Source: Thermoplasmata archaeon
Lineage (GTDB): Archaea; Thermoplasmatota; Thermoplasmata; RBG-16-68-12
Direction of reading: 5' to 3'
Assembly: GCA_036395115.1 (NCBI GenBank)
Contig: DASWDU010000011.1
Span: 549-64,548 of the forward strand
DNA: 64,000 bases
Shown one piece after another: positions 53,531 through 64,000 of the stretch. The notes below the pieces were generated by a model, which saw only the letters and a program-made list of their open reading frames with translations, searched no databases and was not told the origin of the DNA. The position numbers were made by a program, and so were the translations under genes. Numbering within the stretch: the first letter of the stretch is position 1; every line of letters begins with the position of its first letter.

Positions 53531-55075
53531 GTGGTCGAAACGGAAGTCCTCGAGGAGGGGCAGGAGACGATGCCCGGTACGGAAACCGTCCAGATCGGCG
53601 TGAGTCGACCGCCGCTCCCTGTGACGGACCTCCCGACGCCGGAGGAAGCGTTCAACATCAAGGGTCCGATCACGCCGGGGAAAGTCATCCGATACATCAT
53701 CGGTCCGAGCCTGATCGCGCTCGGGGTGTCGATCGGCAGCGGGGAATGGCTGATCGGCCCGTTTAACGTCGGGACGAAGGGGTTCGTCGGGATTCTCTGG
53801 GTCGTCCTCGTATCCGCCCTCCTGCAAGTCTTCTACAACGTCGAACTCGCGCGGTTCACGATCGCAACCGGGGAGTCGCCCGCCATCGCGTTCGGCCGTG
53901 TCCCGCCCGGCTTTTGGTTATGGATCCCATTGGCGGTGTTCCTCTACTGGCTGGCGTTCATCTGGGGCGGATGGGCCTCGGGTGCGGGCCAGAGCCTGTT
54001 CGTCCTGATTTACAACCGCTTGCCGGCGTCCTCGGAAGCGATCGTATCGAGATCGCTCGGTGCCGGCCTCCTGTTCCTCATTATGGGAATCGTACTGTTC
54101 GGTAAGAAAATCTCGCGCACGATGGAAATCGCGAACTGGATCATGGTCGCGTTCATCTTGTTCTCCGTCGTCAGCCTCGTCGTGCTCCTTGTCCCCGCGG
54201 AGTTCTCGGCGAGTGCGTTCGCCGCGATGGTGACGCCGGCCGCTCCTCCCTCCGGAACGACGGCCACGGACCTCGGCGCCCTCGCCGGGTTCACTGCCAC
54301 CGCGAGCGGGGTGAACTACTTCATCATCAGCTATTATCGAGACAAAGGGTACGGCATGGGGCACCGGGTCGGCTACATCGCCGCGCTCGTCGGAGGCAAG
54401 CAGGAGAAGCTGCTCGCCTCAGGGTTGACGTTCCCGGCCGATGCGAAGAACACGGCAATCTGGAAGCGCTGGTTCAAGTATCTCCTGATTGACCAGTGGG
54501 GCGTATTCTTCACGGGTGCAATCGTCGGCATGATGATGCCCGTGATCCTCGTCGGATACCTGAGCCAGCAATCGGGCGTTGCGCCGACCAGAGCAGGAAT
54601 GCCCGTGTACGCCGGGAGTCAGATCACCGCCCTCTACGGGCCGTTCTTGGGGAATTGGGCCTATATCGTCGGCTTCTTCATCCTCTTCAGCACGCAGATG
54701 GTCGTCTTCGAGGCCTTGGTTCGGCAGTTCGTCGACGGCGCCCACGCGATGAGTCCGAAGTTCCGGAAGTTCACGCGGGAGGACCCGCGCCGGTTCTACT
54801 ATCCCTTCATGCTCGGACTCGCCACCCTCATTTCAATCATCGTCATCTTCGGGGCGAACCCGCTCGATTTGGTGAACCAGTCTGCGAACTTTTCGAACCT
54901 GGCCTCCCTGATCGTCCCGTTCGCGGTGATTTACCTCAACCGTAGGCTGCCGGCGCCAGCGCGGATGAAGTGGTGGTCGTACGTGGTCCTCATCCTGAAC
55001 GTGATCTTCTTCGGGTTCTTCTTCATCAACTTCGCCTTCGAGAGGATCACGGGGAGCGCGCTGGTCAAGTTCTGA
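53531..55075 (+). CDS. polytopic membrane transporter (about 12 TM; Nramp/APC-like fold suspected, family not resolved)
   Basis: 514 aa, strongly hydrophobic with periodic TM helices. There is no canonical DPGN motif, so the Nramp assignment is tentative. Confidence 0.5.
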   Translation: MVETEVLEEGQETMPGTETVQIGVSRPPLPVTDLPTPEEAFNIKGPITPGKVIRYIIGPSLIALGVSIGSGEWLIGPFNVGTKGFVGILWVVLVSALLQVFYNVELARFTIATGESPAIAFGRVPPGFWLWIPLAVFLYWLAFIWGGWASGAGQSLFVLIYNRLPASSEAIVSRSLGAGLLFLIMGIVLFGKKISRTMEIANWIMVAFILFSVVSLVVLLVPAEFSASAFAAMVTPAAPPSGTTATDLGALAGFTATASGVNYFIISYYRDKGYGMGHRVGYIAALVGGKQEKLLASGLTFPADAKNTAIWKRWFKYLLIDQWGVFFTGAIVGMMMPVILVGYLSQQSGVAPTRAGMPVYAGSQITALYGPFLGNWAYIVGFFILFSTQMVVFEALVRQFVDGAHAMSPKFRKFTREDPRRFYYPFMLGLATLISIIVIFGANPLDLVNQSANFSNLASLIVPFAVIYLNRRLPAPARMKWWSYVVLILNVIFFGFFFINFAFERITGSALVKF

Positions 55076-55205
55076 GGACCTGATTGTCGACGGGAAGGCG
55101 TACGCGCCCTTCCCCCGGAGCCCTACGAGTCCGCAACAGGGCCCGGCCGAACGGAGTGTCCATGTAGGCCGAGTCCGCTTGTTCGGAACACGCGGAGGAT
55201 AGCGG

Positions 55206-56593
55206 ATGAGCGCCGGCAAGTCCAATGGTCGAAGTCGGGGATGGGGCCTGAACGTCGAGCTCCTCGCGACGAACGCGACGAACTCAGTCCTTCGCTCCTT
55301 GCGACGCGATGCCTTAGAGATCCTCCGACACGCCCTCGATGACGTCGATCCGGAACAGGCCGTCGCCACCGTGATTGAGCGGCGCGGCGATTACTTGTAC
55401 GTCCTTGGTAAACAGGTCCCCATCGTCGCGAGACCAATTTATGTGTTAGCGATCGGAAAAGCGTCAACCCGGATGGCAAAGGGCGTCCTCCGCGTCCTCC
55501 GACCCGAGTCGGGCCTCCTCGTTGCAGAGAAGGCCCCGTCTCCCGCTTTGGAAGGCTTCCAAACCGTCCTCGCGTCCCACCCTCTGCCCGACGAAGGGAG
55601 CTTGAGGGCGGGCGAGGCCGCCCTGCGGATCGCAGACGGACTTCGGCCCGGCGATGTACTCATCGTCCTTCTGTCAGGTGGGGCGAGCGCGATGTTCGAA
55701 GCATCTCGTGTGCCGCTGGGCGACCTCCGCGACGCAAATACTCAGATGCTGCGGAGCGGCTTGGACGTTCGGGACCTGAACGAGGTGCGAAAAGGTCTCT
55801 CCGATGTCAAGGGTGGACGGCTCGCCGAGCGGGCGGCGGGTCGTGGCGCCACCGTTGTCGGGTTGATCCTCTCCGATATCGTCGGGAGTCCAATCGAGGA
55901 TATCGGGTCCGGGCCCACGGCCCCCGGTTCGTCCCGTGGCGAACGGGCGAAGGAGATCCTCGTTCGGCACGGGCTATGGGATCGGATGCCCGTCTCCGTG
56001 CGGCACAGCCTAGCCGAGGCGGCGAGCGCGACGAGACCCCGACTGTCGGCGCCGACGGCTGTTCACAATTTCATCGTCGCAGACAACGTGCGCGCGTGTG
56101 AAGCCGCACGACGGGAAGCGGAGCGCCGCGGGTATGCCGCGCACATCTTGACGACGTCGTTGGAGGGCGAGGCTCGCCAGGTGGGCCCCGTCCTGGCCGC
56201 CGATGCGATTCGGTGGAAGCCACGCGCTCGACGGATAGCAGTCGTCGCCGGGGGCGAGACGACCGTCACGGTCCGTGGCAGGGGCCTGGGTGGGCGCAAC
56301 CAAGAGCTCGCTCTCGCGGCCGCCCGAATTCTGGAGGGCCGGTCTGCCGTCCTCCTCTCCTGCGGGACCGACGGGGCCGACGGGAACACGGACGCGGCCG
56401 GCGCGATCGCGGATGGCGAGACGATGTCGAGAGCGCGGTCCCTGCGGCTCGATCCGAAAAAGTTCCTCGAGGCGAACGACTCATTCGCATTCTTCCAGGC
56501 TCTCGGGGACCTGATCGTCACGGGTCCGACCGGAACGAACGTCGCGGACATCCAGATCGTCCTCGAGGACCGATCACGCCCACTTCCTGGCGG

Positions 56594-56606
<13 letters not shown>
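55206..56606 (+). CDS. glycerate 2-kinase (MOFRL family)
   Basis: DUF4147 N-domain and MOFRL C-domain conservation (VLAIGKAS...LLSGGASA...[19 protein letters not shown]...CGTDGADG). Confidence 0.75.
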
Positions 56607-58222
<1,616 letters not shown>

Positions 58223-58622
58223 CTATGCCGAGACTCGGCTATGTTCCTTTGTGTTGCCGTTACACAGATGCGTTCGGCCGTGTCCATGGAAGTGTGGGGA
58301 GAGGTCGATGAGGGTGAAAATGGCCGGCGCCTATGCTAGAACTTCGGTCGCCACGTTCACTCGCCTCCACCTGAGAGACTGAAGGGAGTCTTCTCACCAG
58401 AGCGAGGGTGGAGCCGTTGGTGTTACTAGCACCCGCAGCCCTGCTTGGTCGATGGTATGAGCTTCAGGCGCGGCTCTTCAGGGCTCGAATGTCCGTCAGC
58501 CCTTGGCCATCACCGTGGTTCGACGTGAACGTTGGGGCCCATTCAAGCGTCGCTGACAAAACAGTTAAGCGCACAACAGAAATCGGGTCCTCGAACCGTT
58601 CAGAAAAAAAGGAGGGGGTTGC

Positions 58623-60848
58623 TTGAGAAGGACGTTCTCTCTCGTCGCGTGCATCGGACTGATGGCGGTCTTGACGGTATCGAGCTCGGACGCGCGCGCC
58701 TCGTCGGGCACCACCGATGGTCCCGCCATCAGCCCCTCGTCAACGGGGCTCGGCATCTTGATCCTCGACGCCACCGTCCTCGGCGGCAATACCAGCGTCG
58801 AGGCGGAGCAAGCCCAGGACCTCGGCTTTGCGGTGACCGTTGTGGACGACGCGACGTGGAGTATCATGAGCGAAGACGACTTCGCCGCCTACGATGCGAT
58901 CGTCCTCGGCGACCGCGTATGTGCAAGTTCGAGCCGCCTTGCCGCGGCCGAGGCCAACGTGGGCGTCTGGTCCGCCGCCGTCACCGGCAACGTCGTCCTC
59001 GTGGGCACCGACCCGGTGTTCCACATCCGCAATTATCCCTTCACACCTGCAGGCACCCAACTCACCCGGAACGCAATCCGGTACGCCGCGAGCCAAGCCG
59101 GTCACACCGGGCTCTACCTCTCGTTGAGTTGCTATTATGCGAACGCCCCCCCGCTCACGCCGGTGCCCGTGCTCGATGGGTTCGGCAACTTCGCCGTCGA
59201 GGGCCAAGGGAACTGTCCCAACACCGTGGAAATCGTGGATCCCACTAATCCCGTCTTTGACGGGTTGAGCAACGACAGCTTATCGAACTGGTCGTGCTCG
59301 GTCCACGAGGCGTTCGACGCCTGGCCGCTGGACTTCCAGGTCCTGGCCAGGGCGCCCGAGATCAATGACAGCCCGTACATCCTCGGCCGGGGGGCCGCCG
59401 CGCCGACGCCGTCCTGCGGGGGTCCGACGATCCCGCTTCCCGGGTCCGGGTTCTGGGTCGGGTTCCGCTGGAGCTTCTCGTACTTCGTCTCCCTCAACGA
59501 CGGCCTCGTCGTCCGGGACGTCACGCTCGCCACGCGCTACATGGCCGTGCAGATGAGCATGCCGTACTACTACGTGCAGACGAGTGCCTTCGGCCTCACC
59601 CGTGGGGAGCTCAAGCCGGACAGCAACGACACGACCGCCCGCAGCCGGCTGGTCGGATTCGTGTCGACCGCGAACGACGAACACATCACCGTGAAGGCCA
59701 CGTACGCTGTGGACCGCATCCCGCCCGGGTCTGATAGCTGCCTGATCATCGTGCAGACGTACGAGTTTCACAAGGAACTGGGCAATGGCGGCTGCGAGCC
59801 GACCAACTCGATACCGGCGCCACTGAAAAACCCTTCCTTGCCCTGCAATCTTTGGAAGTTCCAAGTGAGCTACGGGTTCGCCGGTGCCAACGGGGAGACG
59901 CTCACCTCGATCAACGTGCCCCTACGGATGCACTTCCGCGACGAGAACCGAATCGGCAACAACGCCTCCACGTACCAGGATAGGGACTCGTTCATCCCTC
60001 CGACGCCCATCGAGAAAAGCCAGTCGATTCTCGAAGAGTCGAGCTTCCGCGCGATCGTCCAAGGCGACAAGGGCACTTGGGACAACTATCACCAGACCTA
60101 CCGAGCCAAAGTGACGGAACCGACGGGACTCCCCGTCGTAGGGCCCGGCTGCCCCGAGTGCATCCACATCCACTGGCGGTGGGGATACCCCGCAGGCTTC
60201 TTCAACGCCTCGTACGGCGGCCACTGCGAACTCTGGGCGTCCGACTGCACCGCTGGCGCCCCGATGATCCCCAAGGATTCCAACCAAGATGTGGAGTTCG
60301 CGGTCGTGCGCTACCATCCGGGCGAGGAAGATCCGCCGGACTTCCACCCCTTGATGAATCGCGAGACCTTGCGGAACCAAGACATGGTCTTCTGGTACTC
60401 TGCGACGGGCTACCACGACCACGACACGTTCTTCCAGCACGGCGGCTTCTTCTCCACTCTGAGCCGCTTCGCTGACTTGGCCTTGACAGGCTCCGCGTAC
60501 CCCGGCCCGGTGACGGCCGGGGACGTGTTGACGTACACCTTCACCATCACAAACAACGGCCCGACTAAAGCCACCCGTGTCGTCCTCACAGACGTGTGGT
60601 CGGTCGGGGTGGCGTCCTTCGAGCCGACCGGGTCGAGTGACAGTTGCAAGGTCGCCCCTGGGGCGCCAGAGGTCGACTGCGACCTGGGCAGCATCCCGAG
60701 CGGGCAGTCGCGCACCATCACCGTCGTTCTCCACACGGCCGTCGCTGCACAAATCAGGAACGACGCATCCGTCGAGTCGCCCGGGGAAGTGGATCAGAAC
60801 CCAAACAACAACCAAATCACCCTGTTGACCCAGATCGTGGCCCCCTGA
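58623..60848 (+). CDS. large secreted protein with an N-terminal signal peptide and a C-terminal DUF11/CARDB-like domain
   Basis: TTG start with a strong GGAGGG Shine-Dalgarno. Signal peptide MRRTFSLVACIGLMAVLTVSSSDARA. The C-terminus (VLTYTFTITNNGPTKATRVVLTDV...NNNQITLLTQIVAP) follows the DUF11 pattern. Confidence 0.6.
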   Translation: MRRTFSLVACIGLMAVLTVSSSDARASSGTTDGPAISPSSTGLGILILDATVLGGNTSVEAEQAQDLGFAVTVVDDATWSIMSEDDFAAYDAIVLGDRVCASSSRLAAAEANVGVWSAAVTGNVVLVGTDPVFHIRNYPFTPAGTQLTRNAIRYAASQAGHTGLYLSLSCYYANAPPLTPVPVLDGFGNFAVEGQGNCPNTVEIVDPTNPVFDGLSNDSLSNWSCSVHEAFDAWPLDFQVLARAPEINDSPYILGRGAAAPTPSCGGPTIPLPGSGFWVGFRWSFSYFVSLNDGLVVRDVTLATRYMAVQMSMPYYYVQTSAFGLTRGELKPDSNDTTARSRLVGFVSTANDEHITVKATYAVDRIPPGSDSCLIIVQTYEFHKELGNGGCEPTNSIPAPLKNPSLPCNLWKFQVSYGFAGANGETLTSINVPLRMHFRDENRIGNNASTYQDRDSFIPPTPIEKSQSILEESSFRAIVQGDKGTWDNYHQTYRAKVTEPTGLPVVGPGCPECIHIHWRWGYPAGFFNASYGGHCELWASDCTAGAPMIPKDSNQDVEFAVVRYHPGEEDPPDFHPLMNRETLRNQDMVFWYSATGYHDHDTFFQHGGFFSTLSRFADLALTGSAYPGPVTAGDVLTYTFTITNNGPTKATRVVLTDVWSVGVASFEPTGSSDSCKVAPGAPEVDCDLGSIPSGQSRTITVVLHTAVAAQIRNDASVESPGEVDQNPNNNQITLLTQIVAP

Positions 60849-60967
60849 CGGGAGTGAGTGGCTTGGCGCAGGCTCGGGACGTAGCCAGTAGAGTCAGCTG
60901 CCGCGTCCGATAACATCTGATAACTATCCAGGAAGGTTTATTCCAAATCGCTCCGTGGGCGCGCGCC

Positions 60968-61519
60968 GTGGCGTCCCGTAAGCGCGGCCTGATCGCCGTC
61001 GGTCTCGTCCTGCTCCTCATCGGCGGCTACACGCTGTACAGCTACAACCCCGCCCACACGTACCAGTCCACGTTCAACGTCCTCCCGCTGAGGTACTTCA
61101 AAATCCTTGCGAACCTCCGTGATCAGACCCGGATCACTGGTACGTTCCAGGAGACGGCTGGACGAGCCGTGGCCTTCATGGTGATGAGCAGCGCCCAGTT
61201 CGCCGCCTTCCAGGCCGCGAACACGACGACGAATGTGTATTCCCTTCCCGAGGCGGCTACCGGCAACATGGATTTCACCTCCACGGTCCCCGACGCCTAT
61301 TACCTGGTCTTCCGGCACGGGACCGGCCAATCGAACACGACCCAAACGGTCACCTTCCAGCGGACGTACACCTCCGTGGACGAAGTCGCCATCCTGTCGG
61401 GCATCGCCCTCCTCGTAATCGGGGCCGTCGAAATCTATTGGGGCTTCCGTCCGACCGGCGGCCGGGCGCCCTCGCCGCAAGCGGATCCGGGCGACGTCCC
61501 GCGGCCTCCGTGGCCCTGA
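60968..61519 (+). CDS. hypothetical bitopic membrane protein
   Basis: GTG start. N-terminal TM helix, a ~120-aa Thr/Ser-rich ectodomain, then a C-terminal TM helix. 183 aa. Confidence 0.45.
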   Translation: MASRKRGLIAVGLVLLLIGGYTLYSYNPAHTYQSTFNVLPLRYFKILANLRDQTRITGTFQETAGRAVAFMVMSSAQFAAFQAANTTTNVYSLPEAATGNMDFTSTVPDAYYLVFRHGTGQSNTTQTVTFQRTYTSVDEVAILSGIALLVIGAVEIYWGFRPTGGRAPSPQADPGDVPRPPWP

Positions 61520-61528
61520 GGGACCCTC

Positions 61529-63265
61529 GTGAGGCGCGCGAGGCGATCGAGCCGGCGTCCCGCCAGCCGTCGCGCGTCCCTTCGGCGGCATCTCCCCTTC
61601 CTCGCCTTCCTCGTGGCGTTCACCGGGTATTGCGCGTTCCTCCAGTTCTACCTCACGGACGCATTGAACCGCCTCTACCTGGTCCGCACCTTCTTCCAGG
61701 TCGCCATCGCCGCCGCAGTGATCGCGTCGATGCGGAACGTTATCGGTGGGAGGACCCTCGGGATGTTCGGCTCCGTCATCATCGCCCTCGCGTTCCTCGC
61801 GACGGGGCTCTTCCTGGGCCTCCTGATCCTCGGCTTGATCCTGGGCGTCGTCCTGCTCGTGCGCGGCGCGCTCATCCGGGAGCGCGTGCAAGAAGCCCAC
61901 CGCGTCGCAATCCTCGTCACGATCGTGGGTGTCACGATCTCGTCGATTGCAATCATCGGTCTCGAATGGCAACAGCACGACCTGTTCTTCGCCGTCCTCT
62001 TCCCGGTGCTCATCAGCGCGTGGTTCGCGGAACGGTACGTGGAGCGCGTCACCCGCGTCGGTTGGGACGAGCCGACGAAGGCCCTGATCTGGACGGTCAT
62101 CGGGATTGCCCTGTCGTTCTTCGTGATCACGCAAGACGCCCTTGTGAACTTCGTCATGCTGACGCCGCTGACCTGGCCCCTCCTCGTCGTGATCAACTGG
62201 TTCCTTGGGACGCAGATCCGCTTTCGCCTCTTGGAACGCTATCGGTTCGGCGGCGTCTCGCGGTACGCATTAGCGGACGGACCGATCCGCGGGGATTTTG
62301 GCGACGATGTGCTCACGATGAATGTCCGGAATCGGGAGTTCGTGGCGAAGTACAATCCGCCCGAGACGATGGCAAGGCTCGGGAAGGATGAGGCGAAGCG
62401 CATCCTGATCCCAATGGGCGTGCCGATGGCGAAGACGTACGGGATCCTGCGGACGCGCGAGGACCTGGGGGCGCTTCGATCGTGGATGGAGAGTCACGAT
62501 CAATTCGTCCTCAAGCCGGCCTCGGGGCACGGCGGCGAAGGCATCGTGCTCGTCCGCGGGAAAGGCGCCGATGCCTTCAACACGAGTCTAGGACCCCTGA
62601 CGGGGCGCCAGATTGAGGCCCACGCCCTTGCGATCCTCGCCGGGGAGTACGGCGGGGACCACCGGGACGCGGCCGTGCTCGAGGAACTGCTCGAACGGCA
62701 CGAGGCTCTGCGCGCGCTCTCCCCGATTGGGCTCGCGGACGTTCGCGTGATCTCCTTCCGCGGGTATCCGGTCATGGCGATGATGCGCATTCCGACCCAA
62801 GCTTCCGGAGGCAAAGCGAACCTCCACCTTGGCGCGTTAGCCGCCGGCGTGAGGCTCTCGACGGGCACGATCGTCCACTGCGTCTGGCGGGGGGCACCGC
62901 AGCCGAATCATCCCGACACGGGCACGCCCCTCCTCGGCCAAACCGTTCCGTTCTGGGACGAGATCCTCGAACTCGCCGCGGAAGCCCAGCGCCTCTCCGG
63001 CCTCGGCTTCGCGGGCGTGGACATCTCCATCGATGCGCGACAAGGCCCCGTCGTCATGGAAGTGAATCGACGGCCGGGATTGGAGATCCAGGTCGCGAAC
63101 GCCGCGGGTCTCTTACGGCGGCTGCGGCTGATCGAGGGACTCCCGGACGGCCACCTCCCGGTGGAGGAGCGGCTCCAGGTCGTTCGGGAATTCGACGCGG
63201 GGCATTGGGGCGTCAGCCCTTTGGCGAGCCGTCGTTCGGGAACTCCGGTGGACGAGCCGGCATGA
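61529..63265 (+). CDS. ATP-grasp ligase (alpha-L-glutamate ligase / RimK-like) fused to an N-terminal 7-TM domain
   Basis: The N-terminal ~260 aa are polytopic. The C-terminal ~300 aa carry ATP-grasp motifs (FVLKPASGHGGEGIVLV; VMEVNRRPGLEIQ). Confidence 0.65.
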   Translation: MRRARRSSRRPASRRASLRRHLPFLAFLVAFTGYCAFLQFYLTDALNRLYLVRTFFQVAIAAAVIASMRNVIGGRTLGMFGSVIIALAFLATGLFLGLLILGLILGVVLLVRGALIRERVQEAHRVAILVTIVGVTISSIAIIGLEWQQHDLFFAVLFPVLISAWFAERYVERVTRVGWDEPTKALIWTVIGIALSFFVITQDALVNFVMLTPLTWPLLVVINWFLGTQIRFRLLERYRFGGVSRYALADGPIRGDFGDDVLTMNVRNREFVAKYNPPETMARLGKDEAKRILIPMGVPMAKTYGILRTREDLGALRSWMESHDQFVLKPASGHGGEGIVLVRGKGADAFNTSLGPLTGRQIEAHALAILAGEYGGDHRDAAVLEELLERHEALRALSPIGLADVRVISFRGYPVMAMMRIPTQASGGKANLHLGALAAGVRLSTGTIVHCVWRGAPQPNHPDTGTPLLGQTVPFWDEILELAAEAQRLSGLGFAGVDISIDARQGPVVMEVNRRPGLEIQVANAAGLLRRLRLIEGLPDGHLPVEERLQVVREFDAGHWGVSPLASRRSGTPVDEPA

Positions 63266-63287
63266 GCTTTGCACCGAGGTTCCGAAC

Positions 63288-64000
63288 CTAGAGGTACCCC
63301 AGCGCCCGCTTCCCGTCGATCACTCCATAGCCGTACCACGGGTCATGAGGAATTACTTGGCCCGGTGCCGCGACGGCCGACCGCGCCAGAGCCCATTTGA
63401 GTGCGAGGACGTTCGCGGTGGAGCCGGCGGGGCGGAGCTCGGGGTGGGCTTGAAGGAGGAGCGCGACGATCCCCGCCGCGACCGCCGTCGAGGGGCTCGT
63501 TCCGGTCAAGGTTACGTAGTGGGCGCCCGGTGCGGTCGAGATGATTTGGACCCCGGGCGCTGTCACCTCGGGCTTCAGGTTCGGATCCGTCCGATTCCCG
63601 ACGAAACTCGCAGACGAAAACGACGCGACGCGTCCCGACGCGTCGACTGCGCCGACGGCGAGGGCCAGAGGGACGTTCGCCGGGATTTCCACATCGCCGT
63701 CGTCGAACGGCCCGCCATCGTTCCCGGCCGCGGCCACGACGATCACGCCGCGATCGAGGGCCCATTGGGCCGCGACCGAGACCTCGGTCCCGACGAAGAG
63801 CGGAGCGGAGGAGCCCAAGGAGACCGAGATGATGTCGGCGCCGCGGGTCCCGTCTCCGAAGGGGTCCACACAAAACCGGATGCCGTCGGCAACGACACGG
63901 GAACTCCCGAAACCGGTGTTGTTGATTGCCTTCGCCACAAGGAGAGCGGCATCCGGTGCAATGCCTCTCAGGCTGCCGTTCGCGGCGATGAGTCCGGCCA
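63288..64000 (-). CDS. S8-family subtilisin-like serine peptidase, C-terminal part; the gene continues past the window end
   Basis: GTSPSTAVAAG catalytic Ser motif and an AAAGNDG Asn/oxyanion region. The ORF is open at the window edge. Confidence 0.8.
   Translation of the reverse strand, partial: AGLIAANGSLRGIAPDAALLVAKAINNTGFGSSRVVADGIRFCVDPFGDGTRGADIISVSLGSSAPLFVGTEVSVAAQWALDRGVIVVAAAGNDGGPFDDGDVEIPANVPLALAVGAVDASGRVASFSSASFVGNRTDPNLKPEVTAPGVQIISTAPGAHYVTLTGTSPSTAVAAGIVALLLQAHPELRPAGSTANVLALKWALARSAVAAPGQVIPHDPWYGYGVIDGKRALGYL

Noticed and set aside
53531-55075. calling the transporter an Nramp/MntH metal transporter
   Set aside because: The diagnostic DPGN motif in TM1 is not evident. 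Only an Nramp/APC-like fold is suggested, so the family call was left open.

Overview
This window is a high-GC (about 65%) stretch of archaeal chromosome with about 75 genes on both strands. Several large reading frames on the opposite strand or in other frames are GC-compositional artefacts and were not called. Archaeal identity rests on ribosomal proteins S19e, L39e, L31e and L21e, aIF6, Alba, Sec61beta, RpoF, Pus10, NreA, the DUF835/DUF373/DUF655 proteins, geranylgeranyl reductases and TATA-box promoters.

Gene content, in order: the 3' end of a respiratory nuo operon (nuoM partial, nuoN) and a Y-family DNA polymerase; an S1 peptidase preceded by a small paralog of its own N-terminal domain; malic enzyme; an Mrp/ApbC ATPase and a thioredoxin; an isoprenoid ether-lipid cluster (a DDxxD protein of unknown function, GGPP synthase, two geranylgeranyl reductases, a beta-CASP nuclease and a TrmB regulator); two membrane proteins ending in DUF835 domains, one an 817-aa exported, Cys-rich protein divergent from TrmB; UbiX and a GNAT acetyltransferase; a low-GC islet with one exported protein; the S19e-PDCD5-L39e-L31e-aIF6 operon; DUF373 and MptE-like genes; the glycine cleavage P-protein (gcvPA/gcvPB) in an apparent operon with a histidine phosphatase and a ThiS/SAMP-like Gly-Gly protein; tRNA-Ser(CGA) followed 0.5 kb downstream by a 77-nt direct repeat of its 3' part; an S9 peptidase, an HtrA-like protease, Alba, TauE/DUF1634, the Pus10-L21e-RpoF-DUF655 cluster, NreA and a NUDIX hydrolase; an ArsR-SRPBCC module with GGTTAACC operators; MsrB; a glycolate/lactate/glyoxylate cluster (LutC, fused LutB-LutA, GlcD, a transporter, glycerate kinase, malate synthase); and a terminal cassette of a secreted DUF11 protein, a small membrane protein and a 7TM-fused ATP-grasp ligase beside a partial S8 peptidase.

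No CRISPR array, transposase or integrase was seen. The candidates for undescribed biology are the DUF835 membrane proteins, the tRNA-flanked mini-insert, a three-member WYC zinc-ribbon family, the standalone copy of the S1 peptidase N-domain, the DDxxD protein next to idsA, and the membrane ATP-grasp cassette.
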